Source: Myxococcota bacterium
GTDB taxonomy: Bacteria > Myxococcota_A > UBA9160 > SZUA-336
Length of the DNA: 64,000 nt
NCBI GenBank assembly: GCA_965247115.1
Contig: CBDFGR010000003.1
Coordinates: forward strand, 2,208,001 to 2,272,000
Reading direction: 5' to 3'
The notes under the pieces are model-generated. The model saw only the letters and a list, made by a program, of their open reading frames with translations, did not search any database and was not told where the DNA came from. A program made the position numbers and the translations under genes. How positions within the stretch are numbered: the first letter of the stretch is position 1; every line of letters begins with the position of its first letter. Shown in pieces: positions 47,842-57,329 of the stretch.

Positions 47842-48672
47842 ATGCCCTCCCTGATGGCCAAGGAAGCCGAGCTGCTCGCGCAGCTCGGGTCGAGTGACGG
47901 GCTGCTAATCGCGTACTCCGGCGGAGTGGACTCCGCGTACCTCGCCTGGGCGGCTCACACCGCGCTCGGAGATCGCGCCCTCGCCGTGACGGCCGACTCT
48001 CCCTCTTACCCGGAGAGCCACCGCAGCATGGCGAAGGCGATGGCCGAGCAGTTCGGTTTTGCGCACCGCTTCGTCGACACGTGTGAGGTGGAGAACCCCG
48101 AGTACGCGGCCAACCCTTCCAACCGCTGCTACTTCTGCAAGTCGGAGCTATTCGACGTGCTCGAGCGGCTGCGGCAGCAGCTCGGCTACGAGGCCGTCGC
48201 CTACGGCATCAACAGCGACGACACGGGCGACTTTCGTCCCGGCCATCGGGCGGCAGAAGAGCATCGTGTCCTGTCGCCGCTGCTCGACGCGGGCTTGAGC
48301 AAGAGCGAGATCCGTCAGCTGTCTCGGGAGGCGGGCTTGCCGAGCGCGGACCTGCCCGCGTCCGCCTGCCTCTCTTCGCGGATTCCCTACGGAATGGAGG
48401 TCACGCCCGCGAAGCTGCGCCAGATCGACCGCGCGGAGGACGCACTGCGCGAGCTCGGCTTCCGGCAGGTACGCGTTCGACACCACGGCGACCTGGCGCG
48501 AATCGAGCTCGCACCCGAGGAGCTGGCCGCAAGCGGCGACACCACTCGCATGCGACTCATGTCCAAGGCTCTCCACGACCTGGGATTCCGCTACGTGGCA
48601 CTCGACCTGGACGGCTACCGCACCGGCTCGCTGAACGAGGTTCTTGTCATCGAGCCTCCGCCAGAGGACTGA
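47842..48672 (+). CDS. larE: ATP-dependent sacrificial sulfur transferase LarE family
   Basis: AYSGGVDS PP-loop, NRCYFCK, DFRPG, ACLSSRIPYG, RVRHH, GYRTGSLN. Confidence 0.9.
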   Translation: MPSLMAKEAELLAQLGSSDGLLIAYSGGVDSAYLAWAAHTALGDRALAVTADSPSYPESHRSMAKAMAEQFGFAHRFVDTCEVENPEYAANPSNRCYFCKSELFDVLERLRQQLGYEAVAYGINSDDTGDFRPGHRAAEEHRVLSPLLDAGLSKSEIRQLSREAGLPSADLPASACLSSRIPYGMEVTPAKLRQIDRAEDALRELGFRQVRVRHHGDLARIELAPEELAASGDTTRMRLMSKALHDLGFRYVALDLDGYRTGSLNEVLVIEPPPED

Positions 48673-48673
48673 G

Positions 48674-49441
48674 ATGATCCAGGCGGAGGGCGCGCCGGTT
48701 GATCAGGGGCGCGCGCAGGGGCGCTCCATGCGTGGCGAGATCGCCAGCGGCGTAAGACTGCTGCGATCTCGCTACGGTGTGCTTGGATGGAGGGGTGCGC
48801 GGGTCCGGGCGATGCGGACGAGTGGACTCGCTCTGGCGCGACAGCTGCCGCAGCAGCGCGAGAGGATGGAGGGCATTGCAGCCGCGGCGGGGGTCTCCGT
48901 TGCCGCGCTCACGTTGGCCGAGCGGCTCCACCGCGTGCAGGGCGCGGGCTTCCTGCTCGGGAGCTGCCTCGGGGCGAGCTTCGAGGTGCCCGTGGAGCTG
49001 GAGCCCGAGCTGGCGCTGCGTGCGAGCCGTCCGGACGCCGGAGGTTTTCCGAGCGTGGAGCTGACCTGTGCTTCGTTCGCTGGCTGCCTGGCCGGCGTGA
49101 ACTCGGAAGGCATCGCCGCCATCTGCCTTGCCGACCGTCGCCTGAGTGGGGTGTCGCTGCGCTTCCTCGCTCAGGAGCTCATCTTTCGGTCGAGGAACCT
49201 CGAAGCGGCCGTCGAACACCTGCGTCGTCGTGTGGCCTATGTCGGGGGAGCAGGCCTGCTGCTCGTGGCTGACGCCGCTGGTGCCGCGTGCTGGCTCGAC
49301 GTAGCGAACGGCGCGGTGAGGGTGAGGCCGGCTTCCGGCGCGGGTCTCGCGCGGGAGCCAATGGTCAGACTCGATACCTCCGAGCGTTCGCTGGTCTGGG
49401 CTCACTCGTCCGGAGAGCGGGAAGCTCGAGCGCTTGCTTGA
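48674..49441 (+). CDS. peptidase C45-like (Ntn hydrolase fold) hypothetical protein
   Basis: G.P..QG..QG N-terminus; EGIAAAAGV; GCLAGVNSEGIA; LLLVADA.G. Confidence 0.5.
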   Translation: MIQAEGAPVDQGRAQGRSMRGEIASGVRLLRSRYGVLGWRGARVRAMRTSGLALARQLPQQRERMEGIAAAAGVSVAALTLAERLHRVQGAGFLLGSCLGASFEVPVELEPELALRASRPDAGGFPSVELTCASFAGCLAGVNSEGIAAICLADRRLSGVSLRFLAQELIFRSRNLEAAVEHLRRRVAYVGGAGLLLVADAAGAACWLDVANGAVRVRPASGAGLAREPMVRLDTSERSLVWAHSSGEREARALA

Positions 49442-49537
49442 CGAAGAGCGTGCACTCCCGCGTCAGCCGCGCTCACATCCGCACGCTCTGCCTCGCCGCT
49501 GCTTGACGAGTCGAAATTCGGTTTCGATGCTCCCGGT

Positions 49538-50173
49538 GTGATTCCGACGCTGCTGAAGGATGCGCTGCCACGTCAGCTCGCGTACGCCATCAGCGGAGCT
49601 CGGCTCGCCAAGGAGCTCAAGCCCGTCGAAGGCCTGGAAGAGATGGGGCTGTTCTACCTGTTCACGTCGGGCGTGCAGCTCGACCACTACGATCCGATCG
49701 TGAGTCGCGCCCACGAGTATCCGGTGCTCGCGCTGGACAACAGCCTCCCGCAGCTGACGAACAGCGCGCTGGAGCGCTTGCGGACGAAGACGGGGAGGCG
49801 TTCGGACTTGGGTTGGAGGATCGGTGGCGGCGAATGGTTCACCTCCCGCTTCCACGGCGCTGCGCGTGCGCAAGCTCAGCTCATGGGCTGCTCCGTCGCC
49901 GAGCTCGAGAAAAAGGAATCTGCAGCCGGAGAGCTCGAGCTCTGCCAGCAATCGATCCTGGTCTTCCCCGTGAAGGCCCGGATGCGCAAGCGCGTGACAA
50001 AGTTGATCCTGGAGCACACGATTCAGCCCGTTCGGAACTGGCTCACTGCAGCGCGCAACAGCAGGGAGACGCAACGTCCGTTGGTGATCCTGTTTGACGA
50101 GCAGCGAGGCACGGTCTGGACGAAGTTCTGCGAGGATTGGAGCGATCCCGCCGCTCCTCGACATTACAGGTAG
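49538..50173 (+). CDS. hypothetical protein
   Basis: 211-aa ORF with plausible codon pattern; upstream TTGACG-N17-GATGCT. Confidence 0.55.
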   Translation: MIPTLLKDALPRQLAYAISGARLAKELKPVEGLEEMGLFYLFTSGVQLDHYDPIVSRAHEYPVLALDNSLPQLTNSALERLRTKTGRRSDLGWRIGGGEWFTSRFHGAARAQAQLMGCSVAELEKKESAAGELELCQQSILVFPVKARMRKRVTKLILEHTIQPVRNWLTAARNSRETQRPLVILFDEQRGTVWTKFCEDWSDPAAPRHYR

Positions 50174-50181
50174 TCGGGTCG

Positions 50182-51633
50182 CTAGCCTTCCTTCGAGGGT
50201 CTGCGGCGCCGGCGACGTCTCTTGCGCTGGGGGGCGTCTTCGACTCGCTCCGCGCTCTCCGTCTCCGCTGCCGCTGGCTCGACCATCTCGGTCTGCTCGA
50301 CGCTCGGGCCTGGGGCGCTGACGTGCCGAGCGCGCAGGTAGGAGAAGAGGACGGCTGCGAGGTGACGCCTTCCGGTTTCGCTGGCCGTCAACGCGTCGAC
50401 GATCGGTAGCATCTCTTCCTGCCGCACGCTGCGCTCTGGCTCGGGGAAGGCGCGCAGATCGTGCTCGATATCCACCTGCAAGCGCTGCGCGATGCGCTCG
50501 TCGACCTCCAGCTGGGTGGGGAGCGGACGCTCCGGAATTGTCATCCGGTTCACTTTTTGCAGCGAGCGAAAGTTGCCGATGTCCAGCCCCGAGACGAGCG
50601 AGATGGCGGTACCCGCCTTTCCCGCACGGCCGGTGCGGCCTGTCCGGTGGAGGTAGACCTCCGGCGAGTCGGGCGAGGTGAACGAGAAGACGTGTGAGAG
50701 GTCGCTGATGTCGATGCCGCGAGCGGCCACGTCGGTGGCGACCAGGATCCGCAGCTCGCCTGCCTTGATGCGCCGCATCACCGCCTCGCGCGCGGCCTGC
50801 GACATCTCGCCCTGGATCATGTCGGCGTCGATCTCGTGCCGGCGCAAGAAGGCGGAGACGAAGCGTGTGTCGTCTCGCGTGTTGCAGAAGATGAGCGCGG
50901 AGTCGGGATCCTCGAAGCGGAGAATACGCAGCAGCGCGGTCTCCTTCTGTGACGCCTGCACGATGTAGTGCCAGTGTTCGATTTCCTCCGGCGATCGCAC
51001 ACCTCCCTCGGAGAAGGAGATGAACTCCGGGTCGTTGAGAAACACGCGCGACAGGGACACTACGCGTTGGGGCATGGTCGCAGAGAACAGGCCCGTCAGG
51101 AGCTTCTTCGGCAAGAACCCCTGGATCTCGCGGATGTCAGGCCAGAATCCCAGGCTGAGCAGCTCGTCAGCTTCGTCGAAGATCAGTACGCGCAGGCCGT
51201 CGAGCGTCATCCTGCGCGACTTCAGGTGGTCGAGCAGTCGTCCTGGAGTTCCGGCTACGATGTGCACGCCCCGTTCGAACGCGTCGAGCTGGGGCCGGTA
51301 TGCCGTGCCCCCGTAGACCGCGATCGTACTGACGCCGATCCGTCTCCCCATGACCGCGAGCTCCCCTTCGATCTGGCCGGCGAGCTCGCGCGTGGGTGCC
51401 ACGATGAGTGCCTGGATCTCACCCCGCTCGGGCTCGATGCTCTCGACGATGGGAAGGCCGAAGCCGCCGGTCTTGCCGCTGCCGGTGACGGCCTGCACGA
51501 TCAGGTCCCGCCCGTTGCGTATCACCGGAATGACGCGGCGCTGCACCGGCATCGGCTCGCTCCAGCCCAGCTCTTCGATCCCCGCTCGGATTCCCTCGGA
51601 GAAGGAGTCGAAGCTCGCCAGCTCTTCGCTCAT
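50182..51633 (-). CDS. DEAD/DEAH-box RNA helicase
   Basis: Q motif, AVTGSGKT, PTRELA, TPGR, DEAD, SAT, TDVAARGID, HRTGRTGRAG; start MSEEL at 51633. Confidence 0.92.
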   Translation of the reverse strand: MSEELASFDSFSEGIRAGIEELGWSEPMPVQRRVIPVIRNGRDLIVQAVTGSGKTGGFGLPIVESIEPERGEIQALIVAPTRELAGQIEGELAVMGRRIGVSTIAVYGGTAYRPQLDAFERGVHIVAGTPGRLLDHLKSRRMTLDGLRVLIFDEADELLSLGFWPDIREIQGFLPKKLLTGLFSATMPQRVVSLSRVFLNDPEFISFSEGGVRSPEEIEHWHYIVQASQKETALLRILRFEDPDSALIFCNTRDDTRFVSAFLRRHEIDADMIQGEMSQAAREAVMRRIKAGELRILVATDVAARGIDISDLSHVFSFTSPDSPEVYLHRTGRTGRAGKAGTAISLVSGLDIGNFRSLQKVNRMTIPERPLPTQLEVDERIAQRLQVDIEHDLRAFPEPERSVRQEEMLPIVDALTASETGRRHLAAVLFSYLRARHVSAPGPSVEQTEMVEPAAAETESAERVEDAPQRKRRRRRRRPSKEG

Positions 51634-52787
51634 GTAGGCTCGATTCTCTCTCTGCGTGCTCCGCCGAGCGCCTGCCCGACCAGTCCCTTGACGTCGAGGC
51701 CGCGCTCGATCGTCTCCAGGCTGTCGGGCCGCGTCCACGTCGCGGGCTTGCGCGGCATCAGGTAGCTGCAGCAGTCCTCGTCTGGCTCGATGGAGATCTC
51801 GTAGGTCCCGATCCCCTCGGCGGCCTCGATGATCTCGATCTTGTCCATTCCAACCAGTGGTCGGAGCAGGGGCAGGCTCGTCGCCCGTCCCACGGTGTCC
51901 AGATTCGCGAGCGTCTGGGAGGAGACCTGACCGAGGCTGTCGCCCGTGACCAGGGCCAGGGCTCGCTCGGTCTCCGCGATCGCCTCTGCCACACGCAGCA
52001 TGAAGCGCCGGTACAGGATGATGCGCGGCTCGGCCGGAGCCTCGCGCACGAGCGTCTGCTGGATCTCTCCGAACGGAATCTGGTAGAGGCTGGTCGGTCC
52101 CTGGAGCGCGGCGAGGTGCGCGACCAGATCTCTTACCTTGTACTGCGACGCCGCGCTCGTGTAGGGCGCGCTGTGAAAGTGAACATAGACGAGCTCGAGG
52201 CCGCGCTTCAGCATCCGATGAGAAGCCACCGGGGAGTCGATGCCGCCAGAGATCAGCGACACCGCGCGGCCCGCCGATCCGACCGGCAGCCCGCCCGGTC
52301 CGGGCAGCTTCTGCCACAGCAGGATCGCTTCCTCGGAGAGCAGGTGCAGCTCGACCCACAGCTCGGGATTCGAGAGGTCGACCTTCTTTCCCGTGCGCTC
52401 CACGATCCTCGCCCCGAGCTCGCGACAGAGCTCGCTCGAGGTCCAGGGGTGCTTCTTGTCGGCCCGCCGCACCCGCACGCCGAAGGTCTCGAAGGAAGCC
52501 TGATCGACGAGGGCGTCCACTCCCCTCCGGATCTCCTCGAGTGTCGGCTCGAGCATGCTGGCTCGGCTGAAGTAGGCGACGCCGAACACCTGCTCGATCC
52601 TCCGGCTCGCCTCGCCGAAGTCGACGCCCGAGGGCAGCTCCACGAGCAGGCGTCCGTACAGGCTTCGGACATCGCGACAGCCGAGGGGCGCTAGGACGCG
52701 TCGCAGCTGGCGGCGGAGCAGCTGCTCGAAACGGGGCCGATTGCGGCCCTTGAGCGCTATCTCAGCGTAGTGAACGACGACGTGCAC
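51630..52787 (-). CDS. thiI: tRNA 4-thiouridine synthase ThiI (no rhodanese domain)
   Basis: YAEIALKGRNR, THUMP domain, GGLPVG, ISGGIDSPVA, GDSLGQVSSQT, EDCC. Confidence 0.92.
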   Translation of the reverse strand: MHVVVHYAEIALKGRNRPRFEQLLRRQLRRVLAPLGCRDVRSLYGRLLVELPSGVDFGEASRRIEQVFGVAYFSRASMLEPTLEEIRRGVDALVDQASFETFGVRVRRADKKHPWTSSELCRELGARIVERTGKKVDLSNPELWVELHLLSEEAILLWQKLPGPGGLPVGSAGRAVSLISGGIDSPVASHRMLKRGLELVYVHFHSAPYTSAASQYKVRDLVAHLAALQGPTSLYQIPFGEIQQTLVREAPAEPRIILYRRFMLRVAEAIAETERALALVTGDSLGQVSSQTLANLDTVGRATSLPLLRPLVGMDKIEIIEAAEGIGTYEISIEPDEDCCSYLMPRKPATWTRPDSLETIERGLDVKGLVGQALGGARRERIEPT

Positions 52788-52802
52788 GCGGGGACTATAG
52801 CC

Positions 52803-53678
52803 TTACCGCTGGCACTTGGCGCAGAAGTGGGTACCCCTCTGCGCGATCGTGATCCTCCGGATCTTGCTACCGCAGCCCGGACATGGCTCGCCGGTCCTGG
52901 CGTAGACGCGGCGCTCGTTCTGATAGGTGCCGTCTGTTCCGTCGGGGGAAATGTAATCGCTGATGCTGGAGCCCCCCGACTCGATCGCGCGTTCCAGAAT
53001 CCCGTGGAGCGCCTCGATCACGGAGTTGCACTCTTTGCGAGTCACGCGCCTTGCGCGCCGTGTCGGCCGGACCTGAGCCAGGAACAGGCATTCGTCCGCA
53101 TAGATGTTCCCGACCCCGGCAATGGTCGACTGGTCCAGCAGCAGGCTCTTGATCTCGATCTTGCGTCCGCGGGCCGCGCGAAAGAGCTGCTCTCCCGTTG
53201 CCAGCAGGGCGTCGACGCCCAGCTTCTCGAGGCGCGGCTCGCGCTCTCCCGGCTCGAGGAGCCGCACCTTTCCGAACTTGCGCACGTCTCTCATCAGCAC
53301 CTTGGATCCGCCGTCTTCGAAGCAGAGCTGCAGATGCGTGTGACGATCGGGTGCGAAGCGGGTCTGTTGCTCGGGCGAGAGGGAGGAACGCGCGGAGGCT
53401 GAGAGCAGTCGGGGGCTCGCTGCCTCCTCGGAGAAGAGCTGACCCGACATGCCGAGGTGGAGCAAGAGCCTCCGGCCGTCATCCAGCAGGGCTACCAGGT
53501 ACTTGCCGTGACGTTCGAGCCCGGTGACAGAGCGACCTGCGAGACGTCGGCGCAGGCGCCGCGGGTCCGTCAGAAAGAAGTAGCTGTTCCCCGTGGTGAG
53601 GACCCGTGAGATGCGTCTGCCCACGAGCAGCCCCTCGATGCGGCGGCGCGTGACCTCGACTTCCGGTAGCTCGGGCAT
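52803..53678 (-). CDS. mutM: formamidopyrimidine-DNA glycosylase
   Basis: MPELPEVE, HLGMSG, DVRKFG, GVGNIYADE, zinc finger CPGC...CAKCQ. Confidence 0.95.
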   Translation of the reverse strand: MPELPEVEVTRRRIEGLLVGRRISRVLTTGNSYFFLTDPRRLRRRLAGRSVTGLERHGKYLVALLDDGRRLLLHLGMSGQLFSEEAASPRLLSASARSSLSPEQQTRFAPDRHTHLQLCFEDGGSKVLMRDVRKFGKVRLLEPGEREPRLEKLGVDALLATGEQLFRAARGRKIEIKSLLLDQSTIAGVGNIYADECLFLAQVRPTRRARRVTRKECNSVIEALHGILERAIESGGSSISDYISPDGTDGTYQNERRVYARTGEPCPGCGSKIRRITIAQRGTHFCAKCQR

Positions 53679-53701
53679 GTGTCATGCTAAATATATCCGG
53701 C

Positions 53702-55486
53702 ATGAGAGAACGGGTCTTCGGAATCGAGACGGAGTACGCGCTGATTTACCACCCGCGAGCGGGCGTGAGTCAGCGGGGCCCCACCAAGCTCGAGCTGTAT
53801 CGGCGCTTCGAGGCGGCCCTGCTCCGGCGCGTGCGCACCTTGCCTCAGGGCTTCTCTCCCCTGCGGCCAAAAGGCGGCCGCTTCCTGGAGAACGGCACGA
53901 CCTTTCACTATGAGGCCAGCGCGGACGAGTACGAGAGCGGACTGCTCGAGATGGCGAGCCCGGAGTGCCGTGATCCCTTCGCGCTGATCCACTTCGAGCG
54001 GGCGAAGGACGAGCTGGTGGAAGAGCTGGCTCACGAGGTGAACGAGCAGCTTGCGCTCGCCGGCTACCGCGGCCAGGTACGGCTCGGGAAGAACAACATA
54101 GATAGTCAGGGCAACACCTTTGGCTCGCACGAGAGCTACTGGGTGGAGGATCGCTTCTCCTTGGGACTGCGCCTGCTCTTCGTGCCGCTGTGGCTGCTGT
54201 TGTGCTTGCTCTCGCTGCCTGTCGTCCTCTACCTGCTGGGGCTGCGAGTTGCGTTCGTCGTGCTGGCACTCGCGACTGGACTCTCGCTCCTGGTCGTGGG
54301 CGCAGTGCTGCGGGTCGTGCGACCTGGCGCCGCGCAACGAGTCTTCGGGGCGGTGGAGCGCTTTGCCCGTCAGCTGGAGGACCACCCCGGCGAGCTGGCG
54401 CGCCGCACGCAGAACCTGATCGCTCCGATCTATCCGCTCATGAGTCTCCACTCCGCCGTCTACAATCGCTTCCACTTCCGACGCTTCCGCAAATACCTGA
54501 CCGGCTTCCTCGTTTCGCGCACTCTCTACACGGGAGCCGGAACGCTCTCTTTCGACGGCGGGCCGCTGCTCCGGCTCGCTCAGCGACCACCGTTTCTCAA
54601 GACGCTGGCTCGGATCTTCCCTGATGGCGACGAGCGCCCGCTCTACGAGACGCGCGACCTCTTCTTTCAGCCCTGGTCTGCGCTCCGCGCGCGGCGGCGT
54701 CTGCACCTGCTGATAGGAGACGCGAACCTGTCGGAATGGGCGCAGGTGCTGCGCGTGGGCGCGACGGCGCTCGTGCTGGAGGCGATCGAGTCCGGTGTCG
54801 AGTTCGACTGGCCCGTGTTGAGTGCACCGCTTGCGTCACTGCGCCGGATCAACCGCGATCCCGAGCTCGGCGCAGAGCTGGAGCTGGTCGGAGGGGCGCG
54901 AATGACCGCCCTCGAGCTCCAGCGCGCCTATCTGCACGGTGTGCGACAGGTGCTCGGGAACGCGCCTCAGCAGGCGTGGAAGCGCCGTGTGCTCGAGTAC
55001 TGGGAGGAGACCCTGGAGGCGCTGGAGCTCGATCCGCAGTCGCTTGCCGATCGTGTCGACTGGATCGCGAAGGCGCGGCTCCTGCGCGAGGAGATCGAAG
55101 ATCCCCGAGACCGCAGCGAGCTGCGACAGCGCGGCGCGGAGCTCCTGGCAGACGAGGGTCCGCACGGTCCTGCGGATGCACGGCTGCGAGAGCTGGCGTT
55201 CCGGGCCTGGCGGGTCGACCTGCGCTATCACGAGCTCTCCCCGCGCGGTGGCTACCGGCGGCTCGAGGCGCGCGGCCTCATGCGCCGCCTGACCGACCCC
55301 GAGCGAGTGACCAGAGCCCGCACGTCGCCGCCCGACGACACGCGCGCCTGGGCACGCGGCCGGGCGATCAAGTGGGCGCACGCGCAGGCCGTCTCCGGAA
55401 GGGCGGGCTGGCACCGCGTGCGGATCGGAAAGTTCGATTGGAGGTTCTTTCCCGATCCCCTCGACTCTCAGCGCCAGGGCGAGTAG
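53702..55486 (+). CDS. PafA/Dop (Pup ligase/deamidase) family protein with hydrophobic insertion
   Basis: VFGIETEY, FLENG, EMASPEC, KNNIDSQGNTFGSHESY, RRLHLLIGDANLSE, VDWIAK, DLRYHEL, PP.DTRA..RG. Confidence 0.85.
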   Translation: MRERVFGIETEYALIYHPRAGVSQRGPTKLELYRRFEAALLRRVRTLPQGFSPLRPKGGRFLENGTTFHYEASADEYESGLLEMASPECRDPFALIHFERAKDELVEELAHEVNEQLALAGYRGQVRLGKNNIDSQGNTFGSHESYWVEDRFSLGLRLLFVPLWLLLCLLSLPVVLYLLGLRVAFVVLALATGLSLLVVGAVLRVVRPGAAQRVFGAVERFARQLEDHPGELARRTQNLIAPIYPLMSLHSAVYNRFHFRRFRKYLTGFLVSRTLYTGAGTLSFDGGPLLRLAQRPPFLKTLARIFPDGDERPLYETRDLFFQPWSALRARRRLHLLIGDANLSEWAQVLRVGATALVLEAIESGVEFDWPVLSAPLASLRRINRDPELGAELELVGGARMTALELQRAYLHGVRQVLGNAPQQAWKRRVLEYWEETLEALELDPQSLADRVDWIAKARLLREEIEDPRDRSELRQRGAELLADEGPHGPADARLRELAFRAWRVDLRYHELSPRGGYRRLEARGLMRRLTDPERVTRARTSPPDDTRAWARGRAIKWAHAQAVSGRAGWHRVRIGKFDWRFFPDPLDSQRQGE

Positions 55487-55517
55487 CTCGGCCAGGCGAA
55501 TCAGTTAGCTTCGCCGC

Positions 55518-55805
55518 ATGCGGATCGCCGCAGAGACCGTTCTGCGCATGGCACGCCTCGCGCGGCTCGAGCTCCAACCGGACGAGGTGGAGCGCATGCG
55601 CGAGGATCTGGACGCCATCCTGACCTACGTCGAGCGCCTCGACGAGCTCGACACGTCGGCGGTCCCTCCCACCACCCACGTTCTCGAGCTCACGACACCG
55701 CTGCGACCCGACGAGGTGCACGGCGTGTTGAAGGTTTCCGAGGTCGTCCGCAACGCACCAGAGCACACCGAGTCCGCCATGGTCGTGCCCAAGGTCCTCG
55801 AGTGA
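55518..55805 (+). CDS. gatC: Asp/Glu-tRNA amidotransferase subunit C
   Basis: ARLARL...IL.YVERLDELDT..VPPT...LRPD...NAP...VPKVLE. Confidence 0.9.
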   Translation: MRIAAETVLRMARLARLELQPDEVERMREDLDAILTYVERLDELDTSAVPPTTHVLELTTPLRPDEVHGVLKVSEVVRNAPEHTESAMVVPKVLE

Positions 55806-57328
55806 ACAGCCCTCTCGACCCGCTCTGTGCGGAGACACTGGGCGGCATCTCGCGTCTCGTGGCGGCTGGACAGGTGAGCTGTCGAGAGGTGGTCAAGAGC
55901 TGCCTCGACCGTATCGAGGCCGTCGACTCCAGGGTGGGAGCGTTTCTCTCGCTGCGGAGCGAGGAGGCGCTGCGCGAGGCCGAGGCGGCGGACCAGGCTC
56001 GTTCGAGCAGTGCGGCGCGATCCCCGCTCCACGGTCTGCCGATCGCGATCAAGGACAACCTCGTGAGCCCACGCTTCGAGACACGCTGCGCCTCACAGAT
56101 CCTGCGCGGCTATCGCTCGGCGTACGAGGCGACGGTCCTCACGAAGCTCGGCGAGGTCGGCATGGTGATCATCGGCTCCGCGAACATGGACGAGTTCGCG
56201 ATGGGATCTTCGTGCGAGAACTCCGCGCTCCAGACCACGCGAAATCCCTGGGATCTCGCTCGCGTTCCCGGCGGATCGAGTGGGGGCAGCGCGGCCGCCG
56301 TCGCAGCCCGCGAGGTGCCCGCCGCACTCGGGACGGACACCGGCGGCTCGATCCGCCAGCCCGCTGCGCTCTGCGGGGTGGTCGGGCTCAAGCCGACCTA
56401 TGGGCGTGTCTCCCGCTACGGCCTCGTGGCCTTCGCGAGCTCGCTCGATCAGATCGGCACGCTCACCCGCAGCGTCGGGGATGCGGCACTCCTGCTCGGT
56501 GGGATCGCAGGACACGATGCACGAGACGCCACCTCGTCGTCCCGCTCGGTTCCCGACTACCACTCCGCCCTCGGTGAGTCGATCGCGGGGCTGCGCGTGG
56601 GGCTCCCGAGGGAGATGCTCGATGAGGAAGGCTGCGATCCGGAGACCATGAACCGGCTGCGGGAGGCCGTTGCCGTGCTCGAATCTCTCGGCGCACGGAC
56701 CGTCGAAGTGTCGTTGCCTCACAGCTCCTACGGGATCTCCGCCTACTACTTGATCTGTACCGCGGAGGCCTCCTCCAACCTGTCGCGTTACGACGGGGTC
56801 AAGTACGGGTTTCGAGCGGACTCCGACTCGCTGGAAGACATGTACATGAAGACGCGCTCGCGCGGTTTCGGCAGAGAGGTCAAGCGACGCATCCTGCTCG
56901 GCACCTACGTGCTCTCCGCAGGCTACTACGACGCGTACTACCGGAAGGCGCAACAGGTGCGGAGCCTGATCCGCCGCGACTTCGAGGCGGCCTTCGAGTC
57001 GTGCGACGTGCTCGTGAGCCCAACGACTCCCGGGCCGGCCTGGCCCCTCGGCGAGCGGCTCGAAGACCCCCTGCAGATGTACCTCTCCGACGTATTCACC
57101 GTGACGGTGAACCTGGCCGGCCTGCCTGCCCTCTCTCTGCCGTGCGGCTTTGTCGGGGAGGGACTGCCCGCGGGCATGCAGCTGATCGGGAGGCCTCTTG
57201 ACGAGGCGACGCTCCTGCGTGTCGGAGACGCCTATCAGCGTGAGACGCAGTGGCACGAAGCGTCGCCCGAGCCGTGGCACGAAGCGTTGCCCGAGACGCG
57301 GCACGAAGCGTTGTCGACAGGATCGTAG
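55802..57328 (+). CDS. gatA: Asp/Glu-tRNA amidotransferase subunit A
   Basis: KDN, NMDEFAMGSS, PGGSSGGSAA, DTGGSIRQPA, RYDGVKYG, GYYDAYY. Confidence 0.95.
   Translation: MNSPLDPLCAETLGGISRLVAAGQVSCREVVKSCLDRIEAVDSRVGAFLSLRSEEALREAEAADQARSSSAARSPLHGLPIAIKDNLVSPRFETRCASQILRGYRSAYEATVLTKLGEVGMVIIGSANMDEFAMGSSCENSALQTTRNPWDLARVPGGSSGGSAAAVAAREVPAALGTDTGGSIRQPAALCGVVGLKPTYGRVSRYGLVAFASSLDQIGTLTRSVGDAALLLGGIAGHDARDATSSSRSVPDYHSALGESIAGLRVGLPREMLDEEGCDPETMNRLREAVAVLESLGARTVEVSLPHSSYGISAYYLICTAEASSNLSRYDGVKYGFRADSDSLEDMYMKTRSRGFGREVKRRILLGTYVLSAGYYDAYYRKAQQVRSLIRRDFEAAFESCDVLVSPTTPGPAWPLGERLEDPLQMYLSDVFTVTVNLAGLPALSLPCGFVGEGLPAGMQLIGRPLDEATLLRVGDAYQRETQWHEASPEPWHEALPETRHEALSTGS
57251..57315 (+). repeat. 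24-bp tandem repeat x ~2.7 in gatA 3' end
   Basis: TGGCACGAAGCGTCGCCCGAGCCG / TGGCACGAAGCGTTGCCCGAGACG / CGGCACGAAGCGTTGTC. Confidence 0.8.
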
Positions 57329-57329
57329 C

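Noticed and set aside
55440..55520. Search for a Pup/UBact-like small ORF near the PafA homolog
   Set aside because: The gap to gatC is only ~30 bp and no ORF ending in GGE/GGQ was seen; the ligase's own QGE terminus is not a di-glycine motif
57275..57290. TGGCACGAAGCGTTGC as a sigma54 promoter for the AsmA gene
   Set aside because: The GG-GC spacing is one base too long for the strict -24/-12 geometry, and the motif is explained by the coding tandem repeat
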